NCBI GenBank assembly: GCA_964475265.1
Contig: CAYYVY010000009.1
Coordinates: 1,002 to 65,001 of the forward strand
Origin: an uncultured Anaerolineaceae bacterium
Lineage (GTDB): Bacteria; Chloroflexota; Anaerolineae; Anaerolineales; E44-bin32
Length of the DNA: 64,000 nucleotides
Reading direction: 5' to 3'
Below, piece by piece: positions 38,989 through 48,884 of this stretch (the stretch's first letter is position 1; each line of letters opens with the position of its first letter). A program made the translations under genes and the position numbers. The notes under the pieces were generated by a model. That model was not told the origin of the DNA, did no database searches, and saw nothing but the letters and a program-made list of their open reading frames with translations.

Positions 38989-39636
38989 ATGAACATACGT
39001 GTCGTGTTGGCAGACGACCATCCAGCGATCCGTGCCGGCATTCGTTCCAAATTGGAGCAAGCGCGCGACATTGAAGTTGTAGGTGAAGCCGGTGACGGTC
39101 TCGAAGCGTTGAAGTTAATCGAAAGGCTGCAGCCCGACGTCGTGCTGCTCGACTGCCGGCTGCCTGAAATGCCGGGATGGCAGGTGGCGACAGAGGTTCA
39201 GAAATTGGACTTTAAGACGAACATTGTCGCCCTGAGTGCATTCACGGAGGACGAGGAAATTTACAGCATGCTTCAAGCTGGCGTAAAGGGTTACGTGTTA
39301 AAGGACGAGGCGTTGGACACCGTTGAGCAGGCAGTACGGAACGTAGCCCAGGGAGATGAGTGGTACAGCATGCAGGTTATGCGCAAGGTGGCTGCCTGGG
39401 CGCGCGGCGAAAAGGAAGGACCAATTTTGGCGGATCTGACGCCGCGCGAGATCGAGGTGCTTGGATTGCTGGGAAGGGGGCTGGATAACGGCGAGATCGC
39501 AGAAGAATTATGCGTCAGCACACAGACGATCAAGAATTACGTCCATTGCATCTACAGCAAGTTGGGGGTAAAGAACCGCGTAGAGGCGGCGAAGATCGCC
39601 GTACAGTTGGGGTTGGATCGAGCATCCAGGGAATAA
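38989..39636 (+). CDS. NarL/FixJ-family response regulator
   Basis: LADDH, LLDC, GYVLK receiver domain plus LTPREIEVL HTH. Confidence 0.95.
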   Translation: MNIRVVLADDHPAIRAGIRSKLEQARDIEVVGEAGDGLEALKLIERLQPDVVLLDCRLPEMPGWQVATEVQKLDFKTNIVALSAFTEDEEIYSMLQAGVKGYVLKDEALDTVEQAVRNVAQGDEWYSMQVMRKVAAWARGEKEGPILADLTPREIEVLGLLGRGLDNGEIAEELCVSTQTIKNYVHCIYSKLGVKNRVEAAKIAVQLGLDRASRE

Positions 39637-39830
39637 GAGTACCCGCGTACCCTGGCAAAACCCTACCCGTGTAACTTCTAAAGAGCTCATCTCTAGCATA
39701 CCATTTACTGCGTGTATCCCGTTAATCGTAGTTACCGCGGCTGCTTAGGTATGGATGTACACGTGTTCAGCATTGGAGCAGCAATGCGTCCACGCAGTTG
39801 CCGAGAGGATGGAGCGAGATTCGAAACGAG

Positions 39831-40277
39831 ATGAACATCCGCATATTGCTGGTCGACGATCACGCCGGCGTGCGTCAGGGAATCCGCAAAGCGATCGAAG
39901 CTGCACCCGGGTTGCAGGTGGTTGCGGAGGCAGCGACGGGTGCGGAAGCACTTCGGTTGGTGGAGCAAACGAATCCCGATGTGGTCTTGCTGGATTGCAA
40001 ACTGCCGGACATCTCAGGTCCGGCGGTGGCCCAAGAAATCCGGGATCGAGACTTGCCGACGCGTATTCTGGCGATGAGTGCATTTACGGATGAAGAATTC
40101 GTTTGGGGTATGTTGGCGGCCGGGGCGATGGGATACCTGTTGAAGGAGGAAGCGCTGGAGAAGGTCGATTGTGCCGTTCGATCCGTTGCAAACGACGATG
40201 CATGGTACAGCCAGGGCGTGATGGATATCGTTCTCGATTTTAGAAATAGTGAGGATCCGAACACCCTTTGCGAGTGA
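39831..40277 (+). CDS. Receiver-only response regulator (NarL-like, no HTH)
   Basis: LVDDH, LLDC, GYLLK; closely similar to the 38989 receiver but stops before the HTH. Confidence 0.8.
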   Translation: MNIRILLVDDHAGVRQGIRKAIEAAPGLQVVAEAATGAEALRLVEQTNPDVVLLDCKLPDISGPAVAQEIRDRDLPTRILAMSAFTDEEFVWGMLAAGAMGYLLKEEALEKVDCAVRSVANDDAWYSQGVMDIVLDFRNSEDPNTLCE

Positions 40278-40356
40278 ACATGCTGGACTTGATACAGCGA
40301 GGCCATTGGATCGGTTGGGAATATTCTTTTCAATTTTGAAGGAGGAGTCTGGATTT

Positions 40357-41571
40357 ATGAAAGACACGTTTATCCTGAGTGGCCTCTGTATCTCTATCGC
40401 GCTAATGATGCTGCTGCCAATCCTCGTGATCGTTTTGATTCAACTCAGAAAACAAGGTCGATTGAATATCGATCTCCGCCGAGGGCGCAGTCTCAAGCGA
40501 TTGCTGCTTATTTTGGCAGTGGTTGTTGTTGGAATAGGGGTATTCGCAGTGGCTGCTGAGTATGTCCAGGATTCGAGTGCATACCGGAAAGGGGTTCAGG
40601 CTTGTCAGGCGGAGGATTTCCTGACTGCCGTCGATTTCTTTGATCGCATTATTTTCAACTCAAGATTTACGGACATTGGAAAATTCCTTGATAAAGCTTC
40701 GGACGAAAAGGTGTCCTGCTTTGATCAAATGGCTGCTGTTAGCAAAACAAACGGTGATTATGGCATGGCACTCGTCGCATATGCCGGTTTGATTGCATCC
40801 AGCGCCGACCAATCTGTATTTGAATCCGCCCGCACTGAAGTCGAGACCATCTTCACTCAAAACGACCCTGCCAGTCTTGCCAACATCGAGATATGTGAGC
40901 TGATCGACATCCTTAAGGAACAAAGCGTAGTTCCTCAACAGGAAACCACTTTGCCGCCGTTATATCTGGCTTGTGGGCGCATCTATCTGCAGGAGCGTGA
41001 GGATTTCAAAGCGGCGATCGATACGTATCAGTTGCTCATCGATCAGTATCCAGATTCAGAAGCGGCTTCCAGCGCCGCGGAGGAGCTGGAGGCGACGTAC
41101 TACGCGGCAAGCCTGGACACCGGTGAATACGGAAAATCCCTGATCCGAGATTCATGGGCGCAGGTGTGTGACAGTGAACCGGCCACGTCGCCTGCCGTTG
41201 GGTTGGTGCAGAGTGAACCCGGCAAGGCGTGGTTCGGGGGATCGGAATTTGAGCTGCCTGGCGCAGTACAAGCATCAAGTCCCGGTCAGTTTCATTATGC
41301 GATTTGTATAGAACGGGGCGTCAAAGTTATCGAGTCGTGCTTTTACAGCGGAGGGGTTACCTCCTCCAGAGGAAAGCACTGGCTCAGCGTAGATGTTCGG
41401 GACACTCGCACCACAGAAGTCATCAGTGCGCAAACCTTCTTTGGTTCGAACCCGCGCGATTGTCCTAAAACGGTTACAGAAGGTTACAAGCTCACAGGAA
41501 GCAACCCATCAAACTCATCGGCCTTCGACTGGGTGATGGAGATCCTGGATGGGATCATAACCGGCCAATAA
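40357..41571 (+). CDS. Membrane-anchored TPR-like protein with Cys-containing C-terminal domain
   Basis: Two N-terminal TM helices; AIDTYQLLIDQYPDSEAA is a BamD/YbgF-like TPR motif; AAGGAGG RBS. Confidence 0.65.
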   Translation: MKDTFILSGLCISIALMMLLPILVIVLIQLRKQGRLNIDLRRGRSLKRLLLILAVVVVGIGVFAVAAEYVQDSSAYRKGVQACQAEDFLTAVDFFDRIIFNSRFTDIGKFLDKASDEKVSCFDQMAAVSKTNGDYGMALVAYAGLIASSADQSVFESARTEVETIFTQNDPASLANIEICELIDILKEQSVVPQQETTLPPLYLACGRIYLQEREDFKAAIDTYQLLIDQYPDSEAASSAAEELEATYYAASLDTGEYGKSLIRDSWAQVCDSEPATSPAVGLVQSEPGKAWFGGSEFELPGAVQASSPGQFHYAICIERGVKVIESCFYSGGVTSSRGKHWLSVDVRDTRTTEVISAQTFFGSNPRDCPKTVTEGYKLTGSNPSNSSAFDWVMEILDGIITGQ

Positions 41572-41631
41572 GATCGGCCTGCCAACATAAAGATTATAGA
41601 GGGCCGGATTTCATGAAGAGAGAAAAATCAG

Positions 41632-42927
41632 ATGTATTCCGATGAGCTCGTTCCGAAATTTAGCCGAAAAGCAATGAGTTTTTTGCGGGATGGTTTTGGG
41701 GATTTCTTGAAGGCGAAAACCTTCCTAGAAGGACGAAAGCAATGCGTCACTGCGATGTGCTTATTGGGAACACTCCTCTTGAACGCCTGCAACGGTGTCA
41801 ACCAGGACACCGCTGTGGAATCAATGCCTTCAACGGCTGCGCCAACTGCTGCACGAACCAACACTCCGAGTATCGGGCTGCACGTCACGACTTGGCCATT
41901 GGATGTCGGGCAACTCGAAAGCGTCGAGAGCTTGGTCCTGCACGGCGATTCGTTGATGCTGTTCCCAGACGAAATTTTACGGATGAAGAACCTCAAAGAA
42001 CTGGATCTGGAAGGTAACGATTTGATTGAAATCCCCGCGGAGATCGGCCGATTGGAAGACCTCGAAAGGTTGGTTTTATCCTACAACCTTATCTCTGAAT
42101 TGCCCCCTGAAATTGGCCGGTTGGGAAATTTGAAAACCCTGATCCTTTCAAACACGCCTTTCCTTTCGGAACTGCCCCCCGAGATTGGGTGGCTCGAAAA
42201 CCTCGAAGTGCTGGAGCTGGAAGGGTCTGCGCTGCGCGAGTTGCCGCCGGAGATCGGTCAGTTAACCAGTCTGCGTGTCTTGAATCTGCGCGATTGTCAA
42301 CTAACGGCACTGCCGCCAGAAATCGCACATCTGGAAAATCTGGAAACGCTCATCTTGAGCGAAAATCTTTTTGAGGAATTCCCCATCGAAGTTACCCAAC
42401 TGAAGAATCTCCGAGAATTGGATCTGGGCAGCAATCATATAACGGAATTGCCTGTTGAAATCGCCGGGCTCGAAAGCCTGGAGATTTTACTCGCGGATAA
42501 CAATTCGTTGCGCCATTTGCCTGCGGAAATTGGGTCGCTGGCGAACCTGCGTACATTGGATTTGACTGCGATCGACATGGCGACACTGCCGGCGGAAATC
42601 GGCCAGTTGAAAAACATGCGAACGCTGACGGTATCCTGGAGCATGCTTTCGGAGCTCCCGCACGAGATCGGTCAGCTCTCAAGTCTGGAGGCATTGAATC
42701 TCAGCGGGGATTTATTGACGGCTCTACCCGCCGAGGTCGGCATGCTGACTCAACTGAAGTCCCTGGATGTGTCCAGCAACATGATCGAGGTCTTGCCGCC
42801 CGAAATGGGCCAACTTCAAGCGCTTGAATCGTTAATTTTATACGGCAACTTTATCGCCGTCGTGCCGCAGGAGATTTGCCAAATCCCGGAGTTGTTCATC
42901 GATCCACCGTCGTTATGCGGTGGTTGA
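41632..42927 (+). CDS. Leucine-rich-repeat protein, probable lipoprotein (start uncertain)
   Basis: About 13 23-aa repeats LxxLxLxxNxLxxLPxEIGxL; LLNAC lipobox. Confidence 0.9.
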   Translation: MYSDELVPKFSRKAMSFLRDGFGDFLKAKTFLEGRKQCVTAMCLLGTLLLNACNGVNQDTAVESMPSTAAPTAARTNTPSIGLHVTTWPLDVGQLESVESLVLHGDSLMLFPDEILRMKNLKELDLEGNDLIEIPAEIGRLEDLERLVLSYNLISELPPEIGRLGNLKTLILSNTPFLSELPPEIGWLENLEVLELEGSALRELPPEIGQLTSLRVLNLRDCQLTALPPEIAHLENLETLILSENLFEEFPIEVTQLKNLRELDLGSNHITELPVEIAGLESLEILLADNNSLRHLPAEIGSLANLRTLDLTAIDMATLPAEIGQLKNMRTLTVSWSMLSELPHEIGQLSSLEALNLSGDLLTALPAEVGMLTQLKSLDVSSNMIEVLPPEMGQLQALESLILYGNFIAVVPQEICQIPELFIDPPSLCGG

Positions 42928-43012
42928 GCCAGGCTCAATGTGGGCTTGTCCGATACCCGGACGTGAAGTGTGGTGACGAACAGCAGGACTCTAGCGAAAA
43001 GGAGGGAAGGCA

Positions 43013-43222
43013 ATGAGATGTCGAAAATGTGGAAGGATGTTTGAGGAATCGATCATGATCGGTGGAGGCGCAGTACAGGTCGCAGTATGTGGTGTTTGTC
43101 CGGTGAACAACGTGTATGCCATTTGCAGTAACTGTGCCGACCTAGAGCAGGTCAAGCAGTCTGCTTGTCCGCAGTGCGGTGCCAGGAATCTGTGGCAGAT
43201 TCGCAGCGTCGATCCGCGCTGA
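43013..43222 (+). CDS. Small Cys-rich zinc-finger protein
   Basis: Four CxxC pairs in 69 aa; AAGGAGG RBS. Confidence 0.7.
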   Translation: MRCRKCGRMFEESIMIGGGAVQVAVCGVCPVNNVYAICSNCADLEQVKQSACPQCGARNLWQIRSVDPR

Positions 43223-43309
43223 AGGTTCGAGATATTCGGCAAGTCGTCATCCAGCCGTTCGAAGATTTCCATTCAGAAAGAATGTCCTAAACAGTAAAGG
43301 AGAGGTGAA

Positions 43310-43741
43310 ATGTCAGAGCCATCACAAAACGTAAAAGCCTTGCGCAATAAAATCCAAAAATATTTATGTCAGAAGAATTTGAGTTACGAAGTCAGGCCGA
43401 GCGGGGATCTGTGGCTTCGCGAAGGTTCGACCGTCGTGGCAATCGTCCCATCTGATTGGAATGAGCAGACCTTAGTGAGTGTCATGGCACCTGTTGCCCT
43501 AGACGTAAAGAAAGTCACGCCTGAACTTACCCGCTTTCTGGTCGAGAAGAACCACGACCTGTTGTTTGGCAAATTTTCTCTCGATTCAAAAGACAACAGT
43601 GTCTGGTATACACATGTGCTTCTCGGTGATTATTTGGATGAAGAGGAGTTGTTCGTCGCAGTGGCCCAGGTTGCTATCGTGGCCGACGATTACGACGAAC
43701 AAGTATCGAAGATGGCACGTGGAAAACGTTGGGTCGACTAG
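43310..43741 (+). CDS. YbjN-like / T3SS-chaperone-fold protein
   Basis: ELTRFLVEKNHDLLFGKFSLD...LLGDYLDEEEL...VADDYDEQV. Confidence 0.75.
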   Translation: MSEPSQNVKALRNKIQKYLCQKNLSYEVRPSGDLWLREGSTVVAIVPSDWNEQTLVSVMAPVALDVKKVTPELTRFLVEKNHDLLFGKFSLDSKDNSVWYTHVLLGDYLDEEELFVAVAQVAIVADDYDEQVSKMARGKRWVD

Positions 43742-43777
43742 TAGTGTCAAAGGCGATCTGAAGAGGAGGTGGGAAAT

Positions 43778-44137
43778 ATGAAATACATGCAGGTGTCAGG
43801 TAATGAAAAGGGATATGCGTTCTGCTCCGACGATGCCTGTCCGTGCGGCTATCCGGGTGCGACGATTAACAAAGGGGAAGGATACATCTACGTCTCGCAG
43901 GAGGTAGTGGACTTTCGACGGGATTGTCTGAAGGAAACACAAGCGCAATCAAAAATCCAACGCTTGTCGAGTCAGATGGGTTCATTCCTCGTCGCCGGCG
44001 CCGGGGTGTTTGCCCCCATTTTAATGTGCGAACAAGGTGCGAAAAACCGGGGAGTCGATTTGGCAGTCGCAGCTGCAGATGCCAGGCATTGGTGGCAAAC
44101 CGGTGACGTGCCATTGCGGGCGACGCCGAAAGTATGA
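43778..44137 (+). CDS. Hypothetical protein with CSDDACPC motif
   Basis: GAGGAGG RBS; operonic position; Cys cluster. Confidence 0.65.
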   Translation: MKYMQVSGNEKGYAFCSDDACPCGYPGATINKGEGYIYVSQEVVDFRRDCLKETQAQSKIQRLSSQMGSFLVAGAGVFAPILMCEQGAKNRGVDLAVAAADARHWWQTGDVPLRATPKV

Positions 44138-44517
44138 CCCAGGAGCGTAGTGCGATGCAACGAATACAAACTCCATCGGCTTTGGAGGCGACGAATGCGT
44201 TGTTCGAGCAGGCGTTGCCCTCCATTCCCGTCTGGGATCAGCAACGCATCGAAATGGAGTTCGAAGGTTTCAAGCAGGCATGGGGATCGAAGCGATTGAT
44301 CGGTGGAACGAAAGAAAACCTTCGAAAACTCGTTCAATCCAATCTCGAGAAAACGACGCGGGAGTTCGGATTCCATTTCTTCACCGTCGACATAATGCCC
44401 CAGTTGGGATGTGGCCAGGTGATGGCCTGGTCCGACGGCAACGCCGCCTCGGTTTGTCTCTGGCGCTCGGATGGCGGGCTATATCTCTGTGGAAATTATT
44501 TTTTCACGGAAATATAA
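44134..44517 (+). CDS. Hypothetical protein
   Basis: ATGA overlap with the upstream gene. Confidence 0.6.
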   Translation: MTQERSAMQRIQTPSALEATNALFEQALPSIPVWDQQRIEMEFEGFKQAWGSKRLIGGTKENLRKLVQSNLEKTTREFGFHFFTVDIMPQLGCGQVMAWSDGNAASVCLWRSDGGLYLCGNYFFTEI

Positions 44518-44548
44518 ATGCAAACGACATCAAGGGAGGAAAATCAGC

Positions 44549-45751
44549 ATGGCTAAAATTGAATACAAAATTACATACATGTATTGTCCCAAGTGTAAAA
44601 CCAAATTTGGACACCGCCGTATCGGACCGGCGCAGATCGAATGCGGTTCGTGCGGCGCGGTGCTAGATACGGGCCTGCCAACCTGGGATCAGTTATCGAG
44701 ATCCGATAAGGTACGTCTATATCTATCCGAGATCATCTTGCCCTCGTGGCTGGGGGTAAAAGATTGCAATGGGATAATGGTCGGCTGTCTTACGCAAGTA
44801 TTCTTATGGGCACTGGTATCAATGCCTTTTATGGCAATCATGGGTCCCCTCATGGACTCGGCAGATGACTCATCCCCCTTGGCGATGATCTTGACTGTAG
44901 TGGTGTTGTTTGTTTTCCCATTTGCCTATCCGGCGATCCTTGCGCTGCGCGTGCGCCGCATGGCTCGCGAATCCCAGAAATTCACAAAAACTGGACAACC
45001 ACCGGTGTGGGGAAAGAAGGAGCGCGTTGAAGCAGAGGAGATCGTCGATACAAAACGCTACACCAACGGTAGCTATGAATTGGTCTTACGACTTGCGGCG
45101 CTGCTGGATTTTCCGATCTTGATTCTCGCCGTTCAGAAAACGATGTTCGTCTCGCTCTACCATAAAGGGCAGCCAAGCGATACCATCGTGATCGCGATTT
45201 TATGGTTGATCACTTTCGTGGTAGGAACGTTCGTCCGCCGGGAATTGTCCCTCTGCCTGGGTCGATCGGGGAAAATCGGGGTGTTCAGTGTAATTTTTAC
45301 ACCGTTCATCCTGGTCATGCTGGCAATCGCCCGACATAAAATCGATGCAACCATCGCAGAGATCAAACAGATGGACCGCGAGTTGAAATCTTCCCGGGCG
45401 AAGTACATCGACCCGATTGATCATTCTAAACGCTACGGGGTATTGCTGAGCTTTCTCGAAGACACACGGGACCCACGTTCCATCAAGCCGCTCATGCGTG
45501 CCTTGCACGATCGAGAAACCCGTTTCCGCATCATTGCTGCGAAGACACTCGGTGAAATTGGTGATGTCCAGGCGGTTGAAGCTTTGATGAAGACTTTAAA
45601 GGACAAGGACGCGCAAGTCCGCGCAGCCTCGGCTGCTGCGCTGGGGAAGATCAAAGACCGGCAGGCAAGGGCGGGACTCGAAGCGTTGCTCGAGGATGAA
45701 GAACAGGGTGTGTACGATGCCGCGCAGGAAGCGCTTGGTATGTTGGAGTAA
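44549..45751 (+). CDS. Zn-ribbon, multi-TM and HEAT-repeat protein
   Basis: CPKC...CGSC, about 5 TM helices, C-terminal AAKTLGEIGD and AAAALGKI HEAT/PBS-lyase repeats; GGAGGA RBS. Confidence 0.8.
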   Translation: MAKIEYKITYMYCPKCKTKFGHRRIGPAQIECGSCGAVLDTGLPTWDQLSRSDKVRLYLSEIILPSWLGVKDCNGIMVGCLTQVFLWALVSMPFMAIMGPLMDSADDSSPLAMILTVVVLFVFPFAYPAILALRVRRMARESQKFTKTGQPPVWGKKERVEAEEIVDTKRYTNGSYELVLRLAALLDFPILILAVQKTMFVSLYHKGQPSDTIVIAILWLITFVVGTFVRRELSLCLGRSGKIGVFSVIFTPFILVMLAIARHKIDATIAEIKQMDRELKSSRAKYIDPIDHSKRYGVLLSFLEDTRDPRSIKPLMRALHDRETRFRIIAAKTLGEIGDVQAVEALMKTLKDKDAQVRAASAAALGKIKDRQARAGLEALLEDEEQGVYDAAQEALGMLE

Positions 45752-45823
45752 GAATCTGAGGGTCAGCTTTAACACAGGTTGTAATAAATTCGGAATTTAC
45801 AATAACGAGGAGTGGAGTACTCG

Positions 45824-47002
45824 ATGAAGATTATTGAAGTGAATCTTCACAATACATTTCAGGGACTCGGGACGGCACGAAGGCCAGTTCCAAAACCAAT
45901 AACAATCGCGCTGGTGTTGGTTTTAATCGCCATTCTGGCAGCATGCACCGCAAGTGGATCTGAGCTGGATGACTCCTCCACCGGAAAAGCAACAACTCCG
46001 GCTCCTTCGGTGACAGCGACGGTGACCCGGCAACCTACACCTACATCCACGCCGTCTCCTGTACCGATTACGATAAAAAATGCTTCATCGCTGAAGCAAA
46101 TAGCCATTCTGGAGGTCGAGAGTGATTATGGGTGGAATATAACGAGCCTCGCGCTGTCGACCGATGGCAGCACGCTGGCCGCGGGTGTCAGCAACGGCAG
46201 CATTTACCTGTGGAATTGGAGAAATCGAACCCTGGAAAGCACACTCGCAGGGAGTGAATACCGTGAACCTTTGCAAGGTGTTGCCTTTTCCCCCGATGAC
46301 TCGCAGCTCGTTTCCGGCTCTTATTTCAATGGGATCGTTCAACTCTGGAACCGCACGACGGGGGAAGTTTTCGGGGAGTTCATCGGACACAGCGATAAAC
46401 TCTGGAGCGTCGATTATTCGCCAACCGGCGAGACTGTTGCCTCCAGCAGCCTGGACAGCACGGTAAATATTTGGAATGTGGAAAGCAGGAAGTTGGAAAG
46501 TAGACTGAGTGGTATTTCCTGGGGATTACTCAGTAAAGTCGTGTACGCTCCGGACGGTCGTACGTTGGCGATCGGAGACTATCGGGGAATCATTTACCTG
46601 TGGGATTTGGTTGAAGACAAGAAACTGGCTGAACTCTTGGGACACCAAGATCAGATCTCGGATTTAGAGTTCTCCATCGATGGTAAAAAGCTTGCTTCCT
46701 CGAGCTTCGATATGCATGCTCGCTTATGGGATATCGAAGCTCGTACGAGTTTGGCAGCATTTGATAGTGGGGGCGAGTTCGCAATTTCCGTTGCGCTCTC
46801 CCCAAGCGGCGAGGTTCTCGCTGCCGGAGGAGAAGACGATCTCATTCGGGTCTGGAACACTTCTACGGGTGAATTGTTGGCGACGCTCGAGGGGCATGAG
46901 GAATCGATCACAGGATTGCTCTTTACGCTCGATGGCGCGGTCTTGGTCTCCAGCAGTTACGATAGGACCGTCCGATTATGGCAAGCTGCCCCGAGTGGAT
47001 AG
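45824..47002 (+). CDS. WD40-repeat lipoprotein
   Basis: LAAC lipobox, Thr/Pro linker, about 7 GH...WD/WN repeats. Confidence 0.92.
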   Translation: MKIIEVNLHNTFQGLGTARRPVPKPITIALVLVLIAILAACTASGSELDDSSTGKATTPAPSVTATVTRQPTPTSTPSPVPITIKNASSLKQIAILEVESDYGWNITSLALSTDGSTLAAGVSNGSIYLWNWRNRTLESTLAGSEYREPLQGVAFSPDDSQLVSGSYFNGIVQLWNRTTGEVFGEFIGHSDKLWSVDYSPTGETVASSSLDSTVNIWNVESRKLESRLSGISWGLLSKVVYAPDGRTLAIGDYRGIIYLWDLVEDKKLAELLGHQDQISDLEFSIDGKKLASSSFDMHARLWDIEARTSLAAFDSGGEFAISVALSPSGEVLAAGGEDDLIRVWNTSTGELLATLEGHEESITGLLFTLDGAVLVSSSYDRTVRLWQAAPSG

Positions 47003-47071
47003 AATCTGGCCTGCAACAAAGCGGTTAAAATAAGGCATTCATCCGAATGCCGCGTGGAGGATTTTGTGTTT

Positions 47072-48208
47072 ATGCCCAGAACGAAAACTATTATATTGCT
47101 TCTGCTCGTATCTCTCTTCCTGCTGTCGGGATGCAGTAAGGACGATACACACGGTGAAAACAGCATCCCGGATATTTCTGATCTGACGGGCGAGGTTGTT
47201 GCTCCACCGGCAGGTTTCGGCGGTGAATCTGGCGGCTTCCAATTCGGTGGGAGTGCTGTATGGCCGGACTACATCCCCACAGATATCCCCGAGCTTGAAG
47301 GGCAGATCTCATTGGTGATGGTATCGGCGGAATCTCACATCCGCATTTTTTATGAAAACATGAGCGAAGACCAGATCGAGGGCTACCTGAACGAGCTGCA
47401 GGAGTCAGGCTTCGAGTTGGAGTTTATCGTTTACGTGAGTGAGGGATTCCCCGACAATTCGGAGGAGAGAATCCAAAAGGGCGAGTATGATGCGGTCGAC
47501 ATCACCAAGGGCGACTACCACATGCGGCTCGAGTTTGGCGGCAGTGAGGCAACCTATGATATCTACACCTCAGGATTCGAGGCCGAGGTCATCGCTGCAA
47601 CCACTCCGCAGTGGCCCAACGAACTTGGCGATCTCATCCCGCCACCAGAACGCTGCGAGTTGACGAGTGTTAGCCAACTGAATGGCTACGATGAGGGTTA
47701 TTTGATCCGGTGTGAACCCGAAGATGGGGAAGTCTTCGCGGACTATGCCGAGGCGTTATACGCGCTGGGATTTTATAAGGACCCGAACATCGTCTCTGTG
47801 AACGAGAGTGAAAACCTATGGTTAACGAATGGGGATACATCGGTGCAGATGCAGTACTCGCTAATGTCTGACTTGATGTTGAAAATCGAGAAGCAACAGG
47901 GCAACGCCGCGCCTGCGCTGGAGTGGCCGTCGCAATTCGAAGGCTTGATTCCAGCACCAGAACGCTGCGAGATTACCAACCTATTCCCCAGCCAGGATTT
48001 TCTGATGGATTGCAAGCCGGAGGATGCGGACGTGCTGCAGGATTATCTACGCGTATTGGAAGGATTAGGATTTGTTCAAAGCCACTCTGTCGAGGGTGTA
48101 AACGGCGAGATCCTCACTGTTACAGTAACGAAAGACGGCATATCGGTCGAGTTGATGGCGGGTTCGGCTGAAAGCATGATGGTCCGTGTCGCGCAGGACA
48201 ATCCATAG
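47072..48208 (+). CDS. Lipoprotein with three internal repeats
   Basis: LSGC lipobox; three WP...IP...Y...L...GF units. Confidence 0.75.
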   Translation: MPRTKTIILLLLVSLFLLSGCSKDDTHGENSIPDISDLTGEVVAPPAGFGGESGGFQFGGSAVWPDYIPTDIPELEGQISLVMVSAESHIRIFYENMSEDQIEGYLNELQESGFELEFIVYVSEGFPDNSEERIQKGEYDAVDITKGDYHMRLEFGGSEATYDIYTSGFEAEVIAATTPQWPNELGDLIPPPERCELTSVSQLNGYDEGYLIRCEPEDGEVFADYAEALYALGFYKDPNIVSVNESENLWLTNGDTSVQMQYSLMSDLMLKIEKQQGNAAPALEWPSQFEGLIPAPERCEITNLFPSQDFLMDCKPEDADVLQDYLRVLEGLGFVQSHSVEGVNGEILTVTVTKDGISVELMAGSAESMMVRVAQDNP

Positions 48209-48212
48209 AGTC

Positions 48213-48884
48213 ATGACCTCTACAACCCATCTCTCATGCGAAGCGATCCTGTTTGATCTAGATGGCGTTCTGATTGACTCCTCGAGTTGCATCAGGCGTC
48301 ATTAGCAGGAATGGGCTCACCAGCACGGCCTCGAGATGGAAACGCTGATGCAAGTAGCGCATGGATTGCGAACGATCGAAACCATGCGGTGCGTCGCGCC
48401 ACACCTGGATTTGGAGAAAGAAGCCGAGCGATTCACGGCGATCGAGATCGTCGACACAGAGGGGGTTGTGAAAATCAAAGGCGCTTCACAGATTTTGGCT
48501 AGCCTCCCCGGGCATGTTTGGGCCATCGTGACCTCCGGCAGCCAGGAACTCGCACAGGCGCGCCTGAGGCGAGCTGGGCTGCCCATTCCGGAAATACTCA
48601 TCAGTGGTGAGGATGTAAAACAGGGAAAGCCTGCACCCGAGCCTTATCTCCTTGGGGCCAAACGCATGGGGAAAGCCGTTGAGCAGTGTGTGGTCGTTGA
48701 AGATTCCCCGGCGGGAATAGCGGCAGCGAAAGCGGCGGGGATGCGGGCGATTGCCATCGCTTCAACTCATTCTCGTGAAGAACTAGATTGCGAGATTGTG
48801 GTGAACCAGCTGTCTGGATTAACCATTCAGATGGAAAATGAAGATTTCGTGCAAATTCAATATACGAAAACTGGCGAAAGCTAG
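48213..48884 (+). pseudogene. HAD-superfamily sugar phosphatase (YfbT-like) interrupted by an in-frame TAG at codon 31
   Basis: ATG 48213 gives ...FDLDGVLIDS...RRH*QEWA; frame continues to VTSG, GKPAPEPY and VEDSPAG. Confidence 0.75.

Noticed and set aside
41960-42880. Roughly 69-nt periodic repeats as a CRISPR or tandem DNA array
   Set aside because: Explained by 23-aa LRR coding repeats with synonymous variation
48303-48305. Pyrrolysine at the HAD amber codon
   Set aside because: The position corresponds to Trp, one base from TGG, and no pyl or methylamine methyltransferase genes are in the window
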